Source of the DNA: Pseudomonadota bacterium | GTDB lineage: Bacteria; Bdellovibrionota; Bdellovibrionia; Bdellovibrionales; Bdellovibrionaceae | Reading direction: 5' to 3' | DNA length: 64,000 nucleotides | Assembly (NCBI GenBank): GCA_041178425.1 | Contig: JBEGVH010000030.1 | Location: 96,001 to 160,000, forward strand | Shown here: piece by piece, positions 62,766 to 64,000 of the stretch | Layout: each line of letters opens with the position of its first letter | How positions within the stretch are numbered: position 1 is the stretch's first letter | The notes under the pieces: generated by a model | What the model saw: only the letters and a program-made list of their open reading frames with translations | Told to the model about the DNA's origin: nothing | The model's database searches: none | Program-made: the position numbers and the translations under genes

Positions 62766-63299
62766 CTAGTTTTTTTCTACTTGAATAAAATCGAGTTCAA
62801 CAGGGGTCGGACGACCAAAAATGCTTACAAGCACTTTTACCTTACCTTTATCCTCATTGATCTCTTCTACTGTTCCAGTGAAGTTACTGAATGGACCATC
62901 GATGACGGTCACAGTCTCACCCATTTGGAACTTAATCTTCGCCTTGGGTTTCTCAGCCCCAACAACCATTTGCTGGGTAACACGAAGGACTTCACTCTCC
63001 GGAACCTCCGGAGGACGAGTGCTTCCACCAACAAACCCAGTCACTTTAGATGAGTGTCTTACCAAATGCCAGGTCTGATCGTTAAGGACCATTTGAACAA
63101 ACATATAACCAGGGAAAAATTTTCTCGATTTGGTCTGTTTTTGGCCCTTCTTACCAAGGGCAATGACGCTCTCGGAAGGAATCAAAATATCACCAAAATA
63201 CTCTTCTAATTTTTGAGTTTTAATACGTTCTTCGATAGCTGATTTCGCAGTACCTTCGCAACCCGTCTGACAGTTGATGATATACCATCTCTTTTCCAC
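62766..63299 (-). CDS. nusG: Transcription factor NusG
   Basis: FPGY, VTGFVG, GPF, IFGRPTPVEL; GTG start. Confidence 0.97.
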   Translation of the reverse strand: MEKRWYIINCQTGCEGTAKSAIEERIKTQKLEEYFGDILIPSESVIALGKKGQKQTKSRKFFPGYMFVQMVLNDQTWHLVRHSSKVTGFVGGSTRPPEVPESEVLRVTQQMVVGAEKPKAKIKFQMGETVTVIDGPFSNFTGTVEEINEDKGKVKVLVSIFGRPTPVELDFIQVEKN

Positions 63300-63308
63300 A
63301 AACCCACC

Positions 63309-63686
63309 TTACCTTAAAATAAAGTTTACAAAATTGCCAGAAACGACATCAAAAAAGGTTATAATAACTGTGGAAATCAAGACCATAACTACAACGGCGA
63401 TTGTCATTGCAGTAGTATCTTTCCTTGATGGCCAAACAACCTTCCTGATTTCAAGGGCAACATCTTCACCCCAGGCCAAAACATTCTTATTAAACTGAAG
63501 TGATGCAAAAAGAACCAAGCCGATCGCAACTGGCAAGCCGTGCTTAACAAGATCAACATCATGCATTCTCGCTACGACACCAAAGCTACCCGCTAGCGCT
63601 TTCAATAAAAGGCTAGTCGAAACACTGATGATAACCGAGAAAATTACAAACGAAAGCGTGAGTATTTTTTGATTTGTTTTATCCAT
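63309..63686 (-). CDS. secE: Preprotein translocase subunit SecE (long, three-TM form)
   Basis: EIRKVVWPS; three hydrophobic segments. Confidence 0.93.
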   Translation of the reverse strand: MDKTNQKILTLSFVIFSVIISVSTSLLLKALAGSFGVVARMHDVDLVKHGLPVAIGLVLFASLQFNKNVLAWGEDVALEIRKVVWPSRKDTTAMTIAVVVMVLISTVIITFFDVVSGNFVNFILR

Positions 63687-63706
63687 AGCCTTGAGCCACC
63701 TAACTT

Positions 63707-63782
63707 TGGCAGGGCCGGTCGGATTCGAACCGACAACCTAAGGATTTGGAGTCCTTCGCTCTACCGTTAGAGCTACAGCCCT
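63707..63782 (-). tRNA. tRNA-Trp (CCA anticodon)
   Basis: 76-nt cloverleaf; anticodon arm AAGGA-CTCCAAA-TCCTT; GGTTCGAATCC T-arm; encoded 3' CCA. Confidence 0.97.
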
Positions 63783-63883
63783 ATTTTGATCTAATCCTGA
63801 TCGTTTTCTCTTCCTGAACTGGACAAACAACGAATGGGGACTCCCTTTTGAGAAGTCCCCTCGTTAAGTTTATTCAGTAAAAA

Positions 63884-64000
63884 TTACTCAACAACAACAT
63901 CAACAACTACGCCTGCTCCGACGGTTCTTCCACCTTCACGGATCGCAAAGCGAAGTTCTTTTTCCATAGCGATAGGAGCAATGAGCTCAACGTTCATCTC
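63884..64000 (-). CDS. tuf: Elongation factor Tu, C-terminal 38 aa (gene continues beyond the window)
   Basis: [38 protein letters not shown]. Confidence 0.96.
   Translation of the reverse strand, partial: EMNVELIAPIAMEKELRFAIREGGRTVGAGVVVDVVVE

Noticed and set aside
1..64000. CRISPR array, transposase, prophage, defence system or rRNA
   Set aside because: No regularly spaced repeats or such genes were seen, and intergenic gaps are all under about 200 nt.

Overview
Core-genome region of a Gram-negative bacterium. Gene order and protein style suggest Bdellovibrionota or a delta-proteobacterium; this is inference, with no search run. Most genes lie on the minus strand. From right to left: the 3' end of tuf, tRNA-Trp, secE-nusG-rplKAJL-rpoBC, rpsL-rpsG-fusA and the S10/spc/alpha ribosomal protein operons (34.9-64 kb). 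Next come three plus-strand enzymes (SDR, M32 carboxypeptidase, OsmC), then ybeY, a +1-frameshifted prfB and an outer-membrane/lipid A cluster (lolE-lolD-bamA-skp-fabZ-lpxA-GnnA-like-lpxB-lpxK-lpxL-DUF3108-GT9). Further left are a kexin-like S8 lipoprotease pair, lpxD, a Lys-rich protein-infA-tex group, a HAD hydrolase, topA, a Prc protease, a 2-oxoacid dehydrogenase E1 alpha/beta pair with a methyltransferase, and a partial CheA-like kinase. No transposase, prophage, CRISPR array or rRNA was seen. Best leads: (1) a propeptide-less kexin-like protease followed by a separately secreted prodomain-like protein; (2) a histone-H1-like protein with a Tudor-like domain upstream of infA-tex; (3) an EF-G with degenerate domain IV loops, cut off from rpsG by a terminator; (4) rplX absent from the spc operon. 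All family assignments come from motif recognition by eye.
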